Part shown: in pieces, positions 24,626 to 36,615 of the stretch
Layout of the letters: every line of letters begins with the position of its first letter
How positions within the stretch are numbered: position 1 is the first letter of the stretch
Source: Escherichia coli
GTDB taxonomy: Bacteria; Pseudomonadota; Gammaproteobacteria; Enterobacterales; Enterobacteriaceae
DNA length: 64,000 bases
Direction: 5' to 3' (one strand)
Assembly (NCBI RefSeq): GCF_001677475.2
Contig: NZ_CP015229.1
Position numbers and translations under genes: made by a program
Notes under the pieces: model-generated
Told to the model about the DNA's origin: nothing
The model's input: the letters and a program-made list of their open reading frames with translations, nothing else
The model's database searches: none

Positions 24626-24705
24626 TTTTGCAAAAAAATGCATTTGACTCGCATTTGAAAGTCAATGATGTTGAAAGGGACATTTACCCCAAAGAGGACA
24701 AAGGA

Positions 24706-25194
24706 ATGAGTGAGATAGTGATACGCCACGCAGAAACACGGGATTACGAGGCCATCAGGCAGATTCACGCCCAGCCGGAGGTGTATTGCAACACACTACA
24801 ACTACCTCATCCTTCGGAAGGCTGGTGGCCAGAAAGATTGAAAGATCGCCAGGGGTTTAAACAACTGGTTGCCAGCATTGATGGCATCGTGGTGGGTCAT
24901 CTTTTCATTGAGGCTTATCAAGGCCCACGCCGTAGTCATGTTGCAACTTTTGGTATCTGTGTTGACTCCCGCTGGCACAACCGCGGCGTCGCCAGCGCCC
25001 TGATCCGCGAATTGATTGAAATGTGCGACAACTGGTTACGGATAGATCGTATTGAGTTGACGGTGTTTGCGGATAACGCCCCGGCAATCGCCGTCTATAA
25101 AAAATTCGGCTTTCACATAGAAGGCACCGGCAAAAATTACGCTTTTCGTAATGGTGAATATGTCGATGCATATTATATGGCGCGGGTGAAATAA
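24706..25194 (+). CDS. yhhY: GNAT-family N-acetyltransferase YhhY
   Basis: Track ORF 188 aa; conserved start MSEIVIRHAETRDYEA gives 162 aa; acetyl-CoA motif RGVASALI. Confidence 0.9.
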   Translation: MSEIVIRHAETRDYEAIRQIHAQPEVYCNTLQLPHPSEGWWPERLKDRQGFKQLVASIDGIVVGHLFIEAYQGPRRSHVATFGICVDSRWHNRGVASALIRELIEMCDNWLRIDRIELTVFADNAPAIAVYKKFGFHIEGTGKNYAFRNGEYVDAYYMARVK

Positions 25195-25221
25195 AGAATT
25201 TGCAATATAAGTTTGTCATTT

Positions 25222-25248
25222 AAGCCCTCACCTACCGGGAGAGGGCTT
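25222..25248. terminator. Bidirectional terminator hairpin shared by convergent yhhY and ggt
   Basis: 8-bp stem aagccctc/gagggctt with 11-nt loop in the 60-bp gap between the two stops. Confidence 0.45.
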
Positions 25249-25254
25249 AAGATA

Positions 25255-26988
25255 TTAATAACCCGCCGTTAAATCATCCACCGAGCGCGGGTCAGATGCG
25301 CCGTACAACTCGCCGTCCGGCCCAACCATAATGCTTTGTGTGCTGCCCATCGCCTCTTTCAGCGCTACTTTCTGACCTTTTGCTTCCAGCAGCTTGAGCG
25401 TATCCGGGCTAAATCCTTTCTCGACACGCAGCTCGTCCGGCAACCACTGATGGTGGAAACGCGGTGCATTGGTCGCTTCGGCGACATTCATACCATAATC
25501 GATGCTATTCACCACCATTTGCAGCACGGTAGTGATGATCCGGCTACCGCCAGGGCTACCGGTGACCAGCCAGGTTTTACCGTCTTTCACCACAATGGTT
25601 GGTGACATCGACGACAGCGGACGTTTATTCGGCCCGACGGCGTTGGCATCACCGCCCACCAGCCCGTAAACGTTCGGTACGCCAGGTTTGGCGGAGAAAT
25701 CATCCATTTGGTTATTAAGCAGAATACCGCTATCACCCGCGACAATGCCCGTACCGAAGGTGGTGTTCAGCGTATAGGTCACCGCTACCGCGTTGCCGTC
25801 TTTATCCACCACTGAGTAATGGGTAGTTTGATTACTCTCATAAGGCGCAAGCTTGCCGGGGCGAATTTCGCTGGATGGCTTCGCTTTATTGATATCGATT
25901 TGATCGGCAATGGATTTGGCATAGGCTTTATTGGTCAGCGCCTGCCACGGCACTTTGACAAAATCCGGGTCGCCAAGATATTCCGAGCGGTCGGCGTAGG
26001 CGTATTTCTCAGCTTCAGCCATGATTTGCATCGCGTCGGCACTGCCAAAGCCGTATTTCTTCATATCGAAGTTTTCCAGAATATTGAGGATTTGTACGAT
26101 ATGGATCCCGCCGGAGGATGGCGGTGGCATGGAGTAAACCTGATACCCGCGATAATCGCCGCTTATTGGTGTGCGTTCGACCGCTTTATACGCCGCTAAA
26201 TCTTCTTTGGTGATCAAGCCACCGTTTTTCTGCATCTCCTGGGCAATCTGTTCCGCTATCGTGCCTTTGTAGAATTCGTCCGGGCCGTTTTCGGCAATCA
26301 TCTCCAGGCTCTTTGCCAGGTTCGCCTGCACCAGCTTGTCGCCCTTTTTCAGCGGCTCGCCCTCTTTCCAGAAGATAGCCTTGCTGTTTTCGTGGTTCGG
26401 CAGCACTTCACTGCCGTAGGTTTTGAGATCGTCTGCCAAAGCATCGTTAACGATAAAACCATCGCGTGCCAGTTTAAACGCCGGCTGCACGACTTTATTC
26501 AGCGGCATAGTGCCGTACTTATCCAACGCCAGCGAGAAACCTGCGACCGTACCGGGCGTGCCGGAAGCCAGATGCGAAGTGAGTGATTTTTTGCTGTCCG
26601 GGTTGCCCTGGTCATCAAGGAACATATCGCGGGTCGCTTTGGCGGGTGCCATTTCGCGGAAATCAATCGCCGTGGTGTTGCCATCTTTAGTGCGGATCAG
26701 CATAAAACCACCGCCGCCCAGATTCCCCGCCTGCGGATGCGTTACCGCCAGCGCATACCCCACCGCCACGGCGGCATCAACGGCATTACCACCTTCTTTA
26801 AGGATATTCACCCCCACCTGAGTGGCAGTAGCATCCACAGACGCCACCATCCCCTGTTTCGCGCGTACCGGATGAAAGACATCTTCCTCCACGCCATAAG
26901 AAACAGGAGGCGCGGCGGCGGCGCTAAAACAACTTCCTGAGAGCAGAGCAGCAATGGCCACCCGGCGTAAAAACGTCGGTTTTATCAT
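25255..26988 (-). CDS. ggt: Gamma-glutamyltranspeptidase Ggt (periplasmic)
   Basis: Track ORF 586 aa; conserved start MIKPTFLRRVAIAALL (signal peptide) gives about 580 aa; catalytic Thr in TTHYSVVD. Confidence 0.95.
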   Translation of the reverse strand: MIKPTFLRRVAIAALLSGSCFSAAAAPPVSYGVEEDVFHPVRAKQGMVASVDATATQVGVNILKEGGNAVDAAVAVGYALAVTHPQAGNLGGGGFMLIRTKDGNTTAIDFREMAPAKATRDMFLDDQGNPDSKKSLTSHLASGTPGTVAGFSLALDKYGTMPLNKVVQPAFKLARDGFIVNDALADDLKTYGSEVLPNHENSKAIFWKEGEPLKKGDKLVQANLAKSLEMIAENGPDEFYKGTIAEQIAQEMQKNGGLITKEDLAAYKAVERTPISGDYRGYQVYSMPPPSSGGIHIVQILNILENFDMKKYGFGSADAMQIMAEAEKYAYADRSEYLGDPDFVKVPWQALTNKAYAKSIADQIDINKAKPSSEIRPGKLAPYESNQTTHYSVVDKDGNAVAVTYTLNTTFGTGIVAGDSGILLNNQMDDFSAKPGVPNVYGLVGGDANAVGPNKRPLSSMSPTIVVKDGKTWLVTGSPGGSRIITTVLQMVVNSIDYGMNVAEATNAPRFHHQWLPDELRVEKGFSPDTLKLLEAKGQKVALKEAMGSTQSIMVGPDGELYGASDPRSVDDLTAGY

Positions 26989-27107
26989 CGTTATTCTCCA
27001 GAGATTAAGGGGCAACCCCAGCTAAGCCTGGTATATAACTCTGAATTAATCCTGATGATTGCAGGAAAGGAGTAAACTTAAAGAATATCTTCAGAGGAGG
27101 ATACGCG

Positions 27108-27500
27108 ATGAAACGACTTCTGATTCTTACGGCACTCCTGCCGTTTGTCGGCTTTGCACAGCCCATTAATACTCTGAACAACCCTAACCAGCCGGGGTAT
27201 CAGATCCCCAGTCAGCAGCGGATGCAAACCCAAATGCAAACGCAGCAAATCCAGCAAAAAGGGATGCTGAATCAGCAACTGAAAACGCAAACTCAGTTGC
27301 AACAACAGCATTTAGAAAACCAGATAAACAATAATTCTCAGCGGGTGTTGCAGTCACAGCCGGGGGAGCGAAATCCCGCCCGGCAGCAAATGCTGCCCAA
27401 CACCAACGGCGGGATGTTAAACAGCAACCGTAATCCGGATAGTTCGTTGAATCAGCAGCATATGCTGCCGGAGAGGAGAAACGGCGACATGCTGAATTAG
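27108..27500 (+). CDS. yhhA: Secreted Gln/Asn-rich low-complexity protein YhhA
   Basis: 130-aa ORF; N-terminal signal peptide ([17 protein letters not shown]), then Q/N-rich repetitive sequence. Confidence 0.8.
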
Positions 27501-27534
27501 CCCAGCACGCCGCAGCCTGATATTCCGTTGAAAA

Positions 27535-28278
27535 CTATTGGGCCGTAAAGTTCGGACCAATCACGTCAATCGCATCGGTACAGATGCAATCCACGCCCCA
27601 GCGCAGCAACTCTGTCGCGCGCTGGGGTTTATTGACGGTATAAACCAGAATCCGTAATCCGGCGTCTTTCAACTGCATCACTCGCGCTTTATCGAGTAAC
27701 TTATGATTGAGATGAATAGAGACGCAGCCCAGCCGCGCGGTCAGTTCTCGCCAGTCGTCGCGCCACTCATCAAGCAATAAACCGCGCGGCAGTTCTGGTA
27801 CTGCTTGTTGCGCGGCTTCTAAAGCATCAATCTCAAACGATGACAGCAGCGGCGGCGTCATATCGGCCCACAGTTCGCGTGCCGCCAGCGCCACCATTTT
27901 GCCCGTTAATGGTCCAGTGCCAGTGGTGGGTTTGATTTCGATATTCGCCATCATCCCGTGTTCACGACAGCGTTCCGCCACCTGCGAAAGCAACGGTAGC
28001 GGCTCACCTTTAAACATTTTGCTGTACCAACTGCCCGCATCCACGCGCAGTAAATCCTGCCAGTTCAGTTCACCCGCGACGCCCCAGCCGTTGCTGGTAC
28101 GTTCGAGATTGTCGTCATGAAGCAGGAAGATCTCGCCATCTTTCGATAACTTCGCGTCAAATTCGATCATCTTATGACCGTATTTTGCCCCGACGTCGAT
28201 TGCCGCCAGGGTGTTTTCGGGGGCCAGCTTACCGCCGCCACGATGAGCGACGATGCGGGGATAAGGCCAGTTACTCAT
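27535..28278 (-). CDS. ugpQ: Cytoplasmic glycerophosphodiester phosphodiesterase UgpQ
   Basis: 247-aa ORF; GDPD-family catalytic His (IVAHRGGG). Confidence 0.95.
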   Translation of the reverse strand: MSNWPYPRIVAHRGGGKLAPENTLAAIDVGAKYGHKMIEFDAKLSKDGEIFLLHDDNLERTSNGWGVAGELNWQDLLRVDAGSWYSKMFKGEPLPLLSQVAERCREHGMMANIEIKPTTGTGPLTGKMVALAARELWADMTPPLLSSFEIDALEAAQQAVPELPRGLLLDEWRDDWRELTARLGCVSIHLNHKLLDKARVMQLKDAGLRILVYTVNKPQRATELLRWGVDCICTDAIDVIGPNFTAQ

Positions 28279-29345
28279 ACTCGTTGTCCTGTTTCACCAT
28301 CAAAAAGATGCAGCTGATTTTCCGCCAAATGCAGCCACAGCGTGCTGCCTGCCGTCGGGCGCTCCTGATGCGCCAGTCGCACCACCAGCTTCTGCTCGCC
28401 CCAGCGTCCGTGCGCCAGGTTATCTGCGCCGAGGATCTCCAGCGTATCCATCACCAGCGGTACGCCACCTTCTGCTTGCGAGCTTAGCGCAATATGTTCC
28501 GGGCGAATGCCGAGGGTCATTTTACGCCCGGCATACTGACGGTAGCCACCGTTTAGCGGCAGCTCAATACCGCCGTCCAGTTCGAAATGCGTGCCTTCGT
28601 TATTCACGCGGCCTGTCAGCAGGTTCATCGCCGGGCTGCCGATAAAACTCGCCACAAACAGGCTGGCGGGCTTTTCATACACTTCAACCGGAGTGCCAAT
28701 CTGTTCGGCAACGCCGCCGTTCATCACCATCACCCGCTGAGCGAGCGTCATCGCCTCAACCTGATCGTGAGTAACGTAGAGTGAAGTCGTTTTCAGGCGA
28801 CGGTGCAATTGCTGCAACTCAAGGCGCATCTGCACGCGCAGCTTGGCATCAAGGTTCGAGAGCGGCTCATCAAACAAAAATACCGCCGGATCGCGCACAA
28901 TCGCGCGCCCCATTGCCACGCGCTGGCGCTGCCCGCCGGAAAGCTCACGCGGGCGACGTTTGAGCAGACCGTCCAGCTCCAGAATGCGCGCCGCTTCTTT
29001 AACGCGCTCGGCTATTTGCTGCTTGCCCATGCCGCGAATTTTCAGCCCCCACGCCATGTTTTCTTCGACGCTCATATGCGGATAAAGCGCGTAGTTCTGG
29101 AACACCATCGCAATCCCGCGATCTTTCGGCTCCATTTCGGTCACACGCTCATTGTTGATCCAGATATCGCCTTCCGTTACCCGCTCCAGCCCGGCAACCA
29201 TGCGCAGCAGCGTGGATTTCCCGCAGCCAGACGGCCCGACCATCACGATAAATTCGCCATCCGCCACATCAAGGGTCAGCGGTTTAATCACCTGGGTTTT
29301 GCCATCCCAGCTTTTGGTTACTGCCTGTAATTTCAGTCCTGCCAT
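28275..29345 (-). CDS. ugpC: sn-glycerol-3-phosphate ABC transporter ATP-binding protein UgpC
   Basis: Track ORF 369 aa; conserved start [13 protein letters not shown] gives 356 aa; Walker [10 protein letters not shown] and signature LSGGQRQR. Confidence 0.95.
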   Translation of the reverse strand: MAGLKLQAVTKSWDGKTQVIKPLTLDVADGEFIVMVGPSGCGKSTLLRMVAGLERVTEGDIWINNERVTEMEPKDRGIAMVFQNYALYPHMSVEENMAWGLKIRGMGKQQIAERVKEAARILELDGLLKRRPRELSGGQRQRVAMGRAIVRDPAVFLFDEPLSNLDAKLRVQMRLELQQLHRRLKTTSLYVTHDQVEAMTLAQRVMVMNGGVAEQIGTPVEVYEKPASLFVASFIGSPAMNLLTGRVNNEGTHFELDGGIELPLNGGYRQYAGRKMTLGIRPEHIALSSQAEGGVPLVMDTLEILGADNLAHGRWGEQKLVVRLAHQERPTAGSTLWLHLAENQLHLFDGETGQRV

Positions 29346-29346
29346 C

Positions 29347-30192
29347 TTATTTCTCACTATCGACCAGGCCGCGCACGAAGGCACGCTGCATCACTAAAAC
29401 AATCACTACTGGTGGGATCAGGGTTAACAACATCGCCGCCATCACCGAGTTCCATTCCGTGGTGCCTTCGCCAGTGGCGATCATCCCTTTAATCCCTGCC
29501 ACGGTGGTGCCGAGATCAACGTCGGTAATAATCAACAACGGCCACAAATACTGGTTCCAGCCGTAAATAAAGGTGATCACAAACAGCGCCGCCAGATTAG
29601 TTTTGGAGAGCGGAAAAACGATGTCGCAAAAGAAGCGCATTGGTGACGCACCGTCGATCCGCGCCGCTTCCACCAGCTCATCCGGCAGCGTCATAAAGAA
29701 CTGGCGGAAAAGAAACGTGGCGGTCGCCGAGGCCATCAGCGGCAGCGTTAAACCGGCGTAGCTGTCGAGCATCTTCAGATTGGCGATGACTTCCACCGTC
29801 GGGAAAATACGCACTTCAACCGGCAGCATCAGGGTGATAAAAATCATCCAGAAGAATAGGTTACGTAGCGGAAAACGAAACCAGACAATGGCAAATGCCG
29901 AGAGCATCGAGACGGTAATTTTGCCGAGCGTAATGCTGAACGCCATCACAAAGCTGTTAAGCAACATCCGCCAGAACGGCGCGCTATTCGTGCCTACCCC
30001 GTTCACCCAGATGTTGTGGATGTTTTCCAGCAGATGCGTGCCGGGGATGAGCGTCATCGGCGCGGCGTAGACGGCCTGTTTATCCAGCGTCGCCGCGACA
30101 AACGCCACGTACAGCGGGAAGAGGATCACCGCGATCCCGAGGATCAGCATGGTATGGCTGAATATCGTCAGCCACGGACGGTTCTCAATCAT
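29347..30192 (-). CDS. ugpE: sn-glycerol-3-phosphate ABC transporter permease UgpE
   Basis: 281-aa polytopic ORF; operon position. Confidence 0.95.
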
Positions 30193-31076
30193 TGGTAACG
30201 CACCTTGCTTTCAACATAGCGGAACTGCACCACCGTCAGCACGATGACGAGGAACATCAACACCACCGACTGCGCGGCAGACGAAGCCAGATCCAGTCCG
30301 GTAAAGCCTTCGCGGTAAATCTTATAAATCAGCGTCGTGGTGGCCTGAACCGGCCCGCCGGACGTGGCGGCGTCGATCACCGGGAAGGTGTCGAAGAAGG
30401 CGTACACCAGGTTCACCACCAGCAGGAAGAAACTCACCGGGGCGATAAGCGGCAGAGCAATCTTAAAGAAGCGGCGAATCGGCCCTGCACCGTCGATGGC
30501 TGCGGCTTCGATCAACGAACGGGGAATGGATTGCAGCGCGGCATAGAAGAACAGAAAGTTGTAGCTGATTTGCTTCCACACCGAGGCAAACACCACCAGA
30601 AACATTGCCTGACCGCTGTTTTGCGCGTGGTTCCAGTCGTAGCCGAACTCAGCGAGAAAATGGGTGATCAGCCCACGGCCGGGGTTAAACAGGAAGATCC
30701 ACAATACTGCGGCAACGGCGGGAGCCACGGCATACGGCAGCAGCATCAAGGTTTGATAGAAACGACTGCCGCGCACGATGTACTCCACCAGCGCCGCGAA
30801 GAACAGCGACACCAGCAAACCGCTAACGGTGACAAAGGTGCTGAATTTTATCGTCGTCCAGAAGGAATCGAGATAGTAGCTGTCATGGAACAGCGTGACG
30901 AAGTTATCCAGGCCGACAAACTGGCTGGAGAAACCAAACGGATCGACGCTTTGTAGCGAGTACCACAACGCTTCGCCCGCAGGCCAGATAAAAAAGATAA
31001 CGGTGATGATGAGCTGCGGCGCGACCAGCAGATAAGGCAGCCAGCGCGAGCGGAACACCGGACGGGATGATGACAT
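30189..31076 (-). CDS. ugpA: sn-glycerol-3-phosphate ABC transporter permease UgpA
   Basis: 295-aa polytopic ORF; operon position. Confidence 0.95.
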
Positions 31077-31094
31077 TACGGTTAATTCCTGAAC

Positions 31095-31165
31095 TGTGCC
31101 GGATGCGCTTCGCTTATCCGGCCTACACGCGATGCCAGGTCAGATAAGCGAAACGCATCCGACAT
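31095..31165. repeat. REP/BIME element in the ugpB–ugpA intergenic region
   Basis: REP-type palindromes tgccggatgcgcttcgcttatccggcctac and gtcagataagcgaaacgcatccgac. Confidence 0.7.
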
Positions 31166-31173
31166 TACACTGA

Positions 31174-32490
31174 TTAAGACTTCGTCGATTTCTCAAAGCG
31201 GCGCAGTAACTGATTCCCACGCTCAACGGCGGTATCCAGCGCCTGCTGTGGCGTCTTCTTACCGGTCCACACGCTCTCCAGCTCTTCATCCACAATCACG
31301 CGGATTTGCGGCATGTTGCCCAGACGCAGCCCTTTGGTGAACGGCAACGGCGGCTTGTTCAGCATCTGACGCGTCGCGGTATCCGCCCCTGGGTTTTTCT
31401 CATAAAAGCCCTGCTCACGGGTCAGGTCATACGCTGCTTTGGTGATTGGCAGATAACCGGTTTTCTGATGCCACTCGGCAGCGTTTTCTGGCTTCGCGAG
31501 GAAGTCGAGGAACTTCGCCACGCCGGTATACGTTTCTTTATCTTTGCCCTGCATCACCCACAGGCTGGCTCCGCCGATAATGGCATTTTGTGGCGCATCT
31601 TTCGCGTCAGCGTCGTAAGGCATCATGCCTACGCCATAGTTGAATTTGGCGTACTCGCGAATGTTGGCAAGCGAACCGGAAGAGGCGGTGGTCATCGCGC
31701 AATCACCGTTATAGAACTTCTCGGTGGATTCATCCTTACGACCGACGTAGCTGAAGTCGCCCTTCTTGTTCATCTCCTCGAGCATGGCAATGTGTTTCAC
31801 CTGCTCCGGCTTGTTGAACTCCAGCACCGCGTCCGTGCCGTCAAAACCGTTGTTTTTGCTGGCAAACGGCAGACCGTTCCAGGCGCTAAAGTTTTCCAGT
31901 TGGATCCAGCCCTGCCAGCCGCTGGCGTAGCCGCACTTCATACCGGAGGCTTTCAATTTTGCGGCATAGTCCGCCAGATCCTGCCAGGTTTTCGGCGGCT
32001 GTTCCGGGTCTAATCCTGCTTTCTTGAAGGCGTCTTTGTTGTAATAGAGTACGGGGGTCGAGCTGTTGAACGGCTGGGAGAGTAAGTGGCCCGTTTTGCT
32101 GTCGGAGTAGTAACCGGAAACCGTCGGCACAAACTGCGATTCATCGAATTGAATCCCCGCCTCTTTAAACACGTCATATACCGGTTTAATGGCTTTCGAC
32201 GCCATCATGGTGGCGGTGCCAACTTCATAAACCTGCAAAATAGCCGGAGCGTTGCCGGTACGAAATGCGGCAATCCCCGCGCTTAAATTCTGTTCGTAGT
32301 TGCCTTTATAGGTCGGTACAATTTTGTAATCCGGGTTTTCGGCGTTAAAACGTTGGGCCAGAGAATCCACCTCTTTACCCAGTTCCCCTTCCATAGAATG
32401 CCAGAACGGAATGGTCGTCACTGCCTGTGCATTCCCCATTAACGCCAGTCCGAGCGCCAGTGCTGAAGCTGTATAATGTAACGGTTTCAT
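31174..32490 (-). CDS. ugpB: Periplasmic sn-glycerol-3-phosphate-binding protein UgpB
   Basis: 438-aa ORF with signal peptide; solute-binding protein heading the ugp operon. Confidence 0.95.
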   Translation of the reverse strand: MKPLHYTASALALGLALMGNAQAVTTIPFWHSMEGELGKEVDSLAQRFNAENPDYKIVPTYKGNYEQNLSAGIAAFRTGNAPAILQVYEVGTATMMASKAIKPVYDVFKEAGIQFDESQFVPTVSGYYSDSKTGHLLSQPFNSSTPVLYYNKDAFKKAGLDPEQPPKTWQDLADYAAKLKASGMKCGYASGWQGWIQLENFSAWNGLPFASKNNGFDGTDAVLEFNKPEQVKHIAMLEEMNKKGDFSYVGRKDESTEKFYNGDCAMTTASSGSLANIREYAKFNYGVGMMPYDADAKDAPQNAIIGGASLWVMQGKDKETYTGVAKFLDFLAKPENAAEWHQKTGYLPITKAAYDLTREQGFYEKNPGADTATRQMLNKPPLPFTKGLRLGNMPQIRVIVDEELESVWTGKKTPQQALDTAVERGNQLLRRFEKSTKS

Positions 32491-32589
32491 CGTTTATCTC
32501 TCTTGTTGTACCGAATGCGCGAATTCACGCGTTTTATGCTCGCGGGGTAACATGACATGCTCGAATTACAGAAAAATAACTTTTTTGTT

Positions 32590-32640
32590 ACATTTGTAAG
32601 ATAGTAAGGTGTCAGAAAGATGACAAGGCAGTGACGGCGC
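32590..32640 (-). promoter_or_regulatory. Candidate PhoB boxes of the ugpB promoter
   Basis: Minus-strand sequence ttgtcatctttctgacac resembles the pho box consensus CTGTCAT-N4-CTGTCAT; the ugp operon is known to be Pho-regulated. Confidence 0.35.
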
Positions 32641-32727
32641 GGGTGAGGGAAAATGGGAGATGGGACACGGATAAGCGGGAAAATATAGAAGGTCTGAATC
32701 AAACTCTACAGATTGCTCATCGTTTCA

Positions 32728-32826
32728 TGCCGGATGCAGCGTAAACGCCTTATCTGGCCTACAAGATCGTACAAATTCAACATATTGCCACTCACCCAGT
32801 AGGCCTGATAAGCGCAGCGCATCAGG
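32728..32826. repeat. BIME: two inverted REP elements between ugpB and livF
   Basis: gccggatgcagcgtaaacgccttatctggcctac and inverted copy gtaggcctgataagcgcagcgcatcaggc. Confidence 0.8.
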
Positions 32827-32888
32827 CATTTTTACATTTGTCAGCTGTCTCAAAGGAGTCTTTTGACTCCTTATCAATCAACGTGTTA

Positions 32889-33602
32889 TTACCCGCCTAA
32901 ATACGCGCTTCTCACCGCTTCGTTCGCCAGCAGTGCGTCGCCGGTATCGGAGAGCACCACATGGCCGTTTTCCAGCACGTAGCCGCGATCCGCCAGCTTT
33001 AGCGCCTGGTTAGCGTTCTGCTCGACGAGGAAGATAGTCATCCCCTGCTCGCGCAGCTGCTCGATGGTGTCGAAAATTTGCTGAATGATAATCGGCGCAA
33101 GGCCGAGCGATGGCTCATCAAGCAACAACAAACGCGGGTTGCTCATCAGCGCACGACCAATCGCCAGCATCTGCTGCTCACCGCCGGACATGGTGCCCGC
33201 CCGCTGAACACGGCGTTCATGGAGACGCGGAAACAGTTCATACACCCACTTTATGCGTTCCTGGAACTGGTCGCGTTCGGCAAAAAAGCCGCCCATCGCC
33301 AGGTTCTCTTCCACCGTCATCCGCGAGAAGACGCGACGCCCTTCCGGGACAATCGCTACCGCTTCGCGCATGATTTTCGCCGTCTGCCAGTCGGTAATGT
33401 CTTTATCATCAAACACAATTCGCCCGCTGGTGGCGCGCGGATCGCCGCATAACGTGCCGAGCAAGGTGGTTTTCCCCGCCCCGTTCGCGCCAATCAGCGT
33501 GACAATCTCGCCCTGATTGATATGCAGGCTCACCTCATGCAGCGCCTGGATTTTGCCGTAGTGGGCGCTGACTTTGTCAAAGGACAACATGACTTTTTCC
33601 AT
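32889..33602 (-). CDS. livF: Branched-chain amino acid ABC transporter ATP-binding protein LivF
   Basis: Track ORF 241 aa; conserved start MEKVMLSFDKV gives 237 aa; Walker A GANGAGKTT. Confidence 0.95.
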   Translation of the reverse strand: MEKVMLSFDKVSAHYGKIQALHEVSLHINQGEIVTLIGANGAGKTTLLGTLCGDPRATSGRIVFDDKDITDWQTAKIMREAVAIVPEGRRVFSRMTVEENLAMGGFFAERDQFQERIKWVYELFPRLHERRVQRAGTMSGGEQQMLAIGRALMSNPRLLLLDEPSLGLAPIIIQQIFDTIEQLREQGMTIFLVEQNANQALKLADRGYVLENGHVVLSDTGDALLANEAVRSAYLGG

Positions 33603-33603
33603 C

Positions 33604-34371
33604 TTATGCCTCACCTAAATAGGCACGGATCACGTCCGGGTTATTACGGATCTGCTCCGGCGTACCGTTTGCCAGCGGCGTCCCCTGATTGACCACGTAA
33701 ATTCGGTCCGAAATTCCCATCACCAGCTTCATATCGTGTTCAATCAACAAGATAGTGGTGTTGTGATGGTTACGCAGTTCGGCAATCAGCTCATCCAGCT
33801 CTTTGGTCTCTTTCGGATTAAGACCTGCTGCCGGTTCGTCGAGCATTAAAATCTCCGGCTGCGTCACCATGCAGCGGGCAATTTCAAGACGGCGTTGGTC
33901 ACCGTAGGCCAGGTTACTCGCCTGGCGGTTAGCATGTTCCAGCAAACCAATGCGCTCAAGCCAGGTCGCGGCCCGGTCTAGCGCTTCACTCTGGGCGCGA
34001 CGGAAAGAGGGCGTTTTCAGCAGGCCAGAGAACAGCCCGGTTTTCAGTTGTTGATGCTGCGCCACCAGCAGGTTTTCAATTACCGTCATTTCACGGAACA
34101 GACGCACATGCTGGAAGGTGCGCACCACGCCCATGCGGGCAATTTGCTGCCCCGGTAAACCTTCCAGGTGCTGATCGCGCAGTAAAATGGTGCCGCCGGT
34201 GGGTTTGTAGAATCCGGTCAGGCAGTTGAAGACCGTGGTTTTTCCGGCACCGTTAGGGCCGATTAACGAGACGATCTCCTGCGGGTACAGTTCGAGATTG
34301 ACGTTGTTCACCGCCAGCAGGCCGCCGAAGCGCATCATCAGGCCGTTAACGGATAATAATGGCTGACTCAT
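33604..34371 (-). CDS. livG: Branched-chain amino acid ABC transporter ATP-binding protein LivG
   Basis: 255-aa ORF; Walker [10 protein letters not shown]. Confidence 0.95.
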   Translation of the reverse strand: MSQPLLSVNGLMMRFGGLLAVNNVNLELYPQEIVSLIGPNGAGKTTVFNCLTGFYKPTGGTILLRDQHLEGLPGQQIARMGVVRTFQHVRLFREMTVIENLLVAQHQQLKTGLFSGLLKTPSFRRAQSEALDRAATWLERIGLLEHANRQASNLAYGDQRRLEIARCMVTQPEILMLDEPAAGLNPKETKELDELIAELRNHHNTTILLIEHDMKLVMGISDRIYVVNQGTPLANGTPEQIRNNPDVIRAYLGEA

Positions 34372-35645
34372 GCCTGCTCTCCTTTCGCTGCGCCGTTTTT
34401 CAGCTTCAGTTGCGGGCGCGTCATGGGCAGCAAGCCCTGCGGACGCCAGATCATCATCAGCACCATCAAACCACCGAGCATTAACATGCTGTATTCGTTG
34501 AAATCACGCATCAATTCGCGCGACACCACCAGCAAAATTGCCGCCAGAATTACCGCAAATTGCGAGCCCATACCGCCGAGCACCACTATCGCCAGCACAA
34601 ACGCCGATTCGGCAAAGGTGAAGGATTCCGGGCTGACAAAGCCCTGACGCGCAGCAAACAGCGTTCCGGCAAAACCGGCAAACGCGGCACTGATGGTAAA
34701 GGCAGTCAGCTTGATACGACGCGGGCTTAAGCCCAGCGAACGGCAGGCGATCTCGTCTTCACGCAACGCTTCCCAAGCACGACCCAGCGGCATCCGCAGC
34801 AGGCGGTTAATGACAAACAGGCTTAATACCACCAGCAGCAACGCCACCAGGTACAGGAAGATAACGCGATCGGAGGGATCGTATTTCAGGCCAAAGAAAT
34901 TACTGAACGTGTCCCAGCCGCCTTCACGGGCGGTACGGCTGAACTCAAGGCCGAAGAAGGTCGGTTTCGGGATCTGACTGATGCCGTTCGGGCCGCCGGT
35001 GATTTCAGTGTTATTGAGCAGCAATATGCGCACAATTTCACCGAAACCGAGGGTAACGATCGCCAGATAGTCACCGCGCAGACGCAGCACCGGAAAACCG
35101 AGCAGAAAGCCCGCCGCCGCTGCCATTAATCCGGCAATCGGCAGGCAAGTCCAGAAGCCAAGGCCGTAATAGTGATTGAGCAGCGCAAAGGTGTAAGCGC
35201 CGATGGCGTAAAAGCCGCCGTAACCGAGCACCAGCAAACCAGAAAGCCCTACCACCACGTTCAGCCCGAGGCCGAGGATAATGTAGATCATGGTCAGAGT
35301 GGCAATATCCACCGTCCCGCGTGAAACCATAAACGGCCACGCCACCGCAAGCACCAACAGCGCCACGAGGAACAGTTTCTGCTTCACCGTGGAGCCATCA
35401 ATCGCGGGCAGAATAAACTTCGGCCCGGAAACGCTTTTTAGCCCTTTCTGGAAAGCCGGTCGCAAAAGCTGGAAGAAAAAGACCACCGCCGTGCCGATAA
35501 ACACCCACTGCCAACGGATCTCTGAAGCCGTGTCGACCACCAGTTTGGTGCCATCCAGCTCCAGTTGCACGCCCATAAAGACGCCCGCCAGGACAAAGAA
35601 CATAGCGGCAGAGAGCAGCGCCATTGCAATATGCATCGGTTTCAT
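34368..35645 (-). CDS. livM: Branched-chain amino acid ABC transporter permease LivM
   Basis: 425-aa polytopic ORF; operon position. Confidence 0.95.
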   Translation of the reverse strand: MKPMHIAMALLSAAMFFVLAGVFMGVQLELDGTKLVVDTASEIRWQWVFIGTAVVFFFQLLRPAFQKGLKSVSGPKFILPAIDGSTVKQKLFLVALLVLAVAWPFMVSRGTVDIATLTMIYIILGLGLNVVVGLSGLLVLGYGGFYAIGAYTFALLNHYYGLGFWTCLPIAGLMAAAAGFLLGFPVLRLRGDYLAIVTLGFGEIVRILLLNNTEITGGPNGISQIPKPTFFGLEFSRTAREGGWDTFSNFFGLKYDPSDRVIFLYLVALLLVVLSLFVINRLLRMPLGRAWEALREDEIACRSLGLSPRRIKLTAFTISAAFAGFAGTLFAARQGFVSPESFTFAESAFVLAIVVLGGMGSQFAVILAAILLVVSRELMRDFNEYSMLMLGGLMVLMMIWRPQGLLPMTRPQLKLKNGAAKGEQA

Positions 35646-36568
35646 ACTTTCTCTACCTCCGGGCGACCCAGAATACCGGTCGGCATCACCAGCAACACCA
35701 GAATCAGCAGGGCGAATGAGACCACATCTTTATATTCCGTACTCAGATAGGCAGAAGAGAGCGCTTCCGCAATCCCCAGAATCAGGCCGCCAATCATCGC
35801 TCCCGGAATGCTGCCAATCCCACCGAGCACCGCAGCGGTAAAGGCTTTCATCCCGGCCATAAAGCCGATGTAGGGGTTAATTACGCCGTAGAACTGACCG
35901 AGCAGCACACCCGCCACCGCCGCCATCGCCGCGCCAATCACAAAGGTCAGCGCAATCACCCGATCGGTGTTGATGCCAAGCAGGCTCGCCATTTTCAGAT
36001 CTTCCGCGCAGGCACGACACGCGCGCCCCATACGGGAATAGCGAATGAAAATCGTCAGCGCCAGCATGGCGAGGAAGGTAACAATCCAAATCACCGCCTG
36101 CATGGTGGTAATAGAGGCAGAGAAGTTTTCGCTATGGCCCACCACCCACTGACCGTTAAATAGGCTCGGCAGCGCCACGTCGCGCGAACCTTCGGTCAGG
36201 CTGACGTAGTTTTGCAGGAAGATGGACATACCGATTGCCGAGATGAGTGCAATCAGGCGCTTAGAGTTACGCACCGGGCGATAGGCCACCCGTTCGATAC
36301 TCCAGCCGTAGGCGCTGGCGATGACTATCGCGCCGACGAATCCCGCCGCCACCAGCAGCCAGCCGGTATCAATGCCCATCATCATCAGCGCGGCGATGAT
36401 CATAAATGAGACGTAGCTGCCGATCATGTAAACCTCGCCGTGGGCGAAGTTGATCATGCCGATAATGCCGTAAACCATGGTGTAGCCGATGGCTATCAGC
36501 GCGTAGGTACTGCCAAGCGTGACGCCGTTAAACATCTGCTGCAAGAAATACAAAAACTGCTCAGACAT
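35642..36568 (-). CDS. livH: Branched-chain amino acid ABC transporter permease LivH
   Basis: 308-aa polytopic ORF; operon position. Confidence 0.95.
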   Translation of the reverse strand: MSEQFLYFLQQMFNGVTLGSTYALIAIGYTMVYGIIGMINFAHGEVYMIGSYVSFMIIAALMMMGIDTGWLLVAAGFVGAIVIASAYGWSIERVAYRPVRNSKRLIALISAIGMSIFLQNYVSLTEGSRDVALPSLFNGQWVVGHSENFSASITTMQAVIWIVTFLAMLALTIFIRYSRMGRACRACAEDLKMASLLGINTDRVIALTFVIGAAMAAVAGVLLGQFYGVINPYIGFMAGMKAFTAAVLGGIGSIPGAMIGGLILGIAEALSSAYLSTEYKDVVSFALLILVLLVMPTGILGRPEVEKV

Positions 36569-36615
36569 AAGGTAACCTTTCTAAACCCGCCCGCATTTCA
36601 CGGGCGGTGGGATGA

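Noticed and set aside
24489-24683. 64-aa minus-strand ORF
   Set aside because: Overlaps the RyhB sRNA and its promoter; the sRNA explains the sequence conservation.
30192-32013. 254-aa and 235-aa plus-strand ORFs
   Set aside because: Antisense to ugpA and ugpB, which are conserved and complete; the translations are compositionally biased (H/R/Q-rich).
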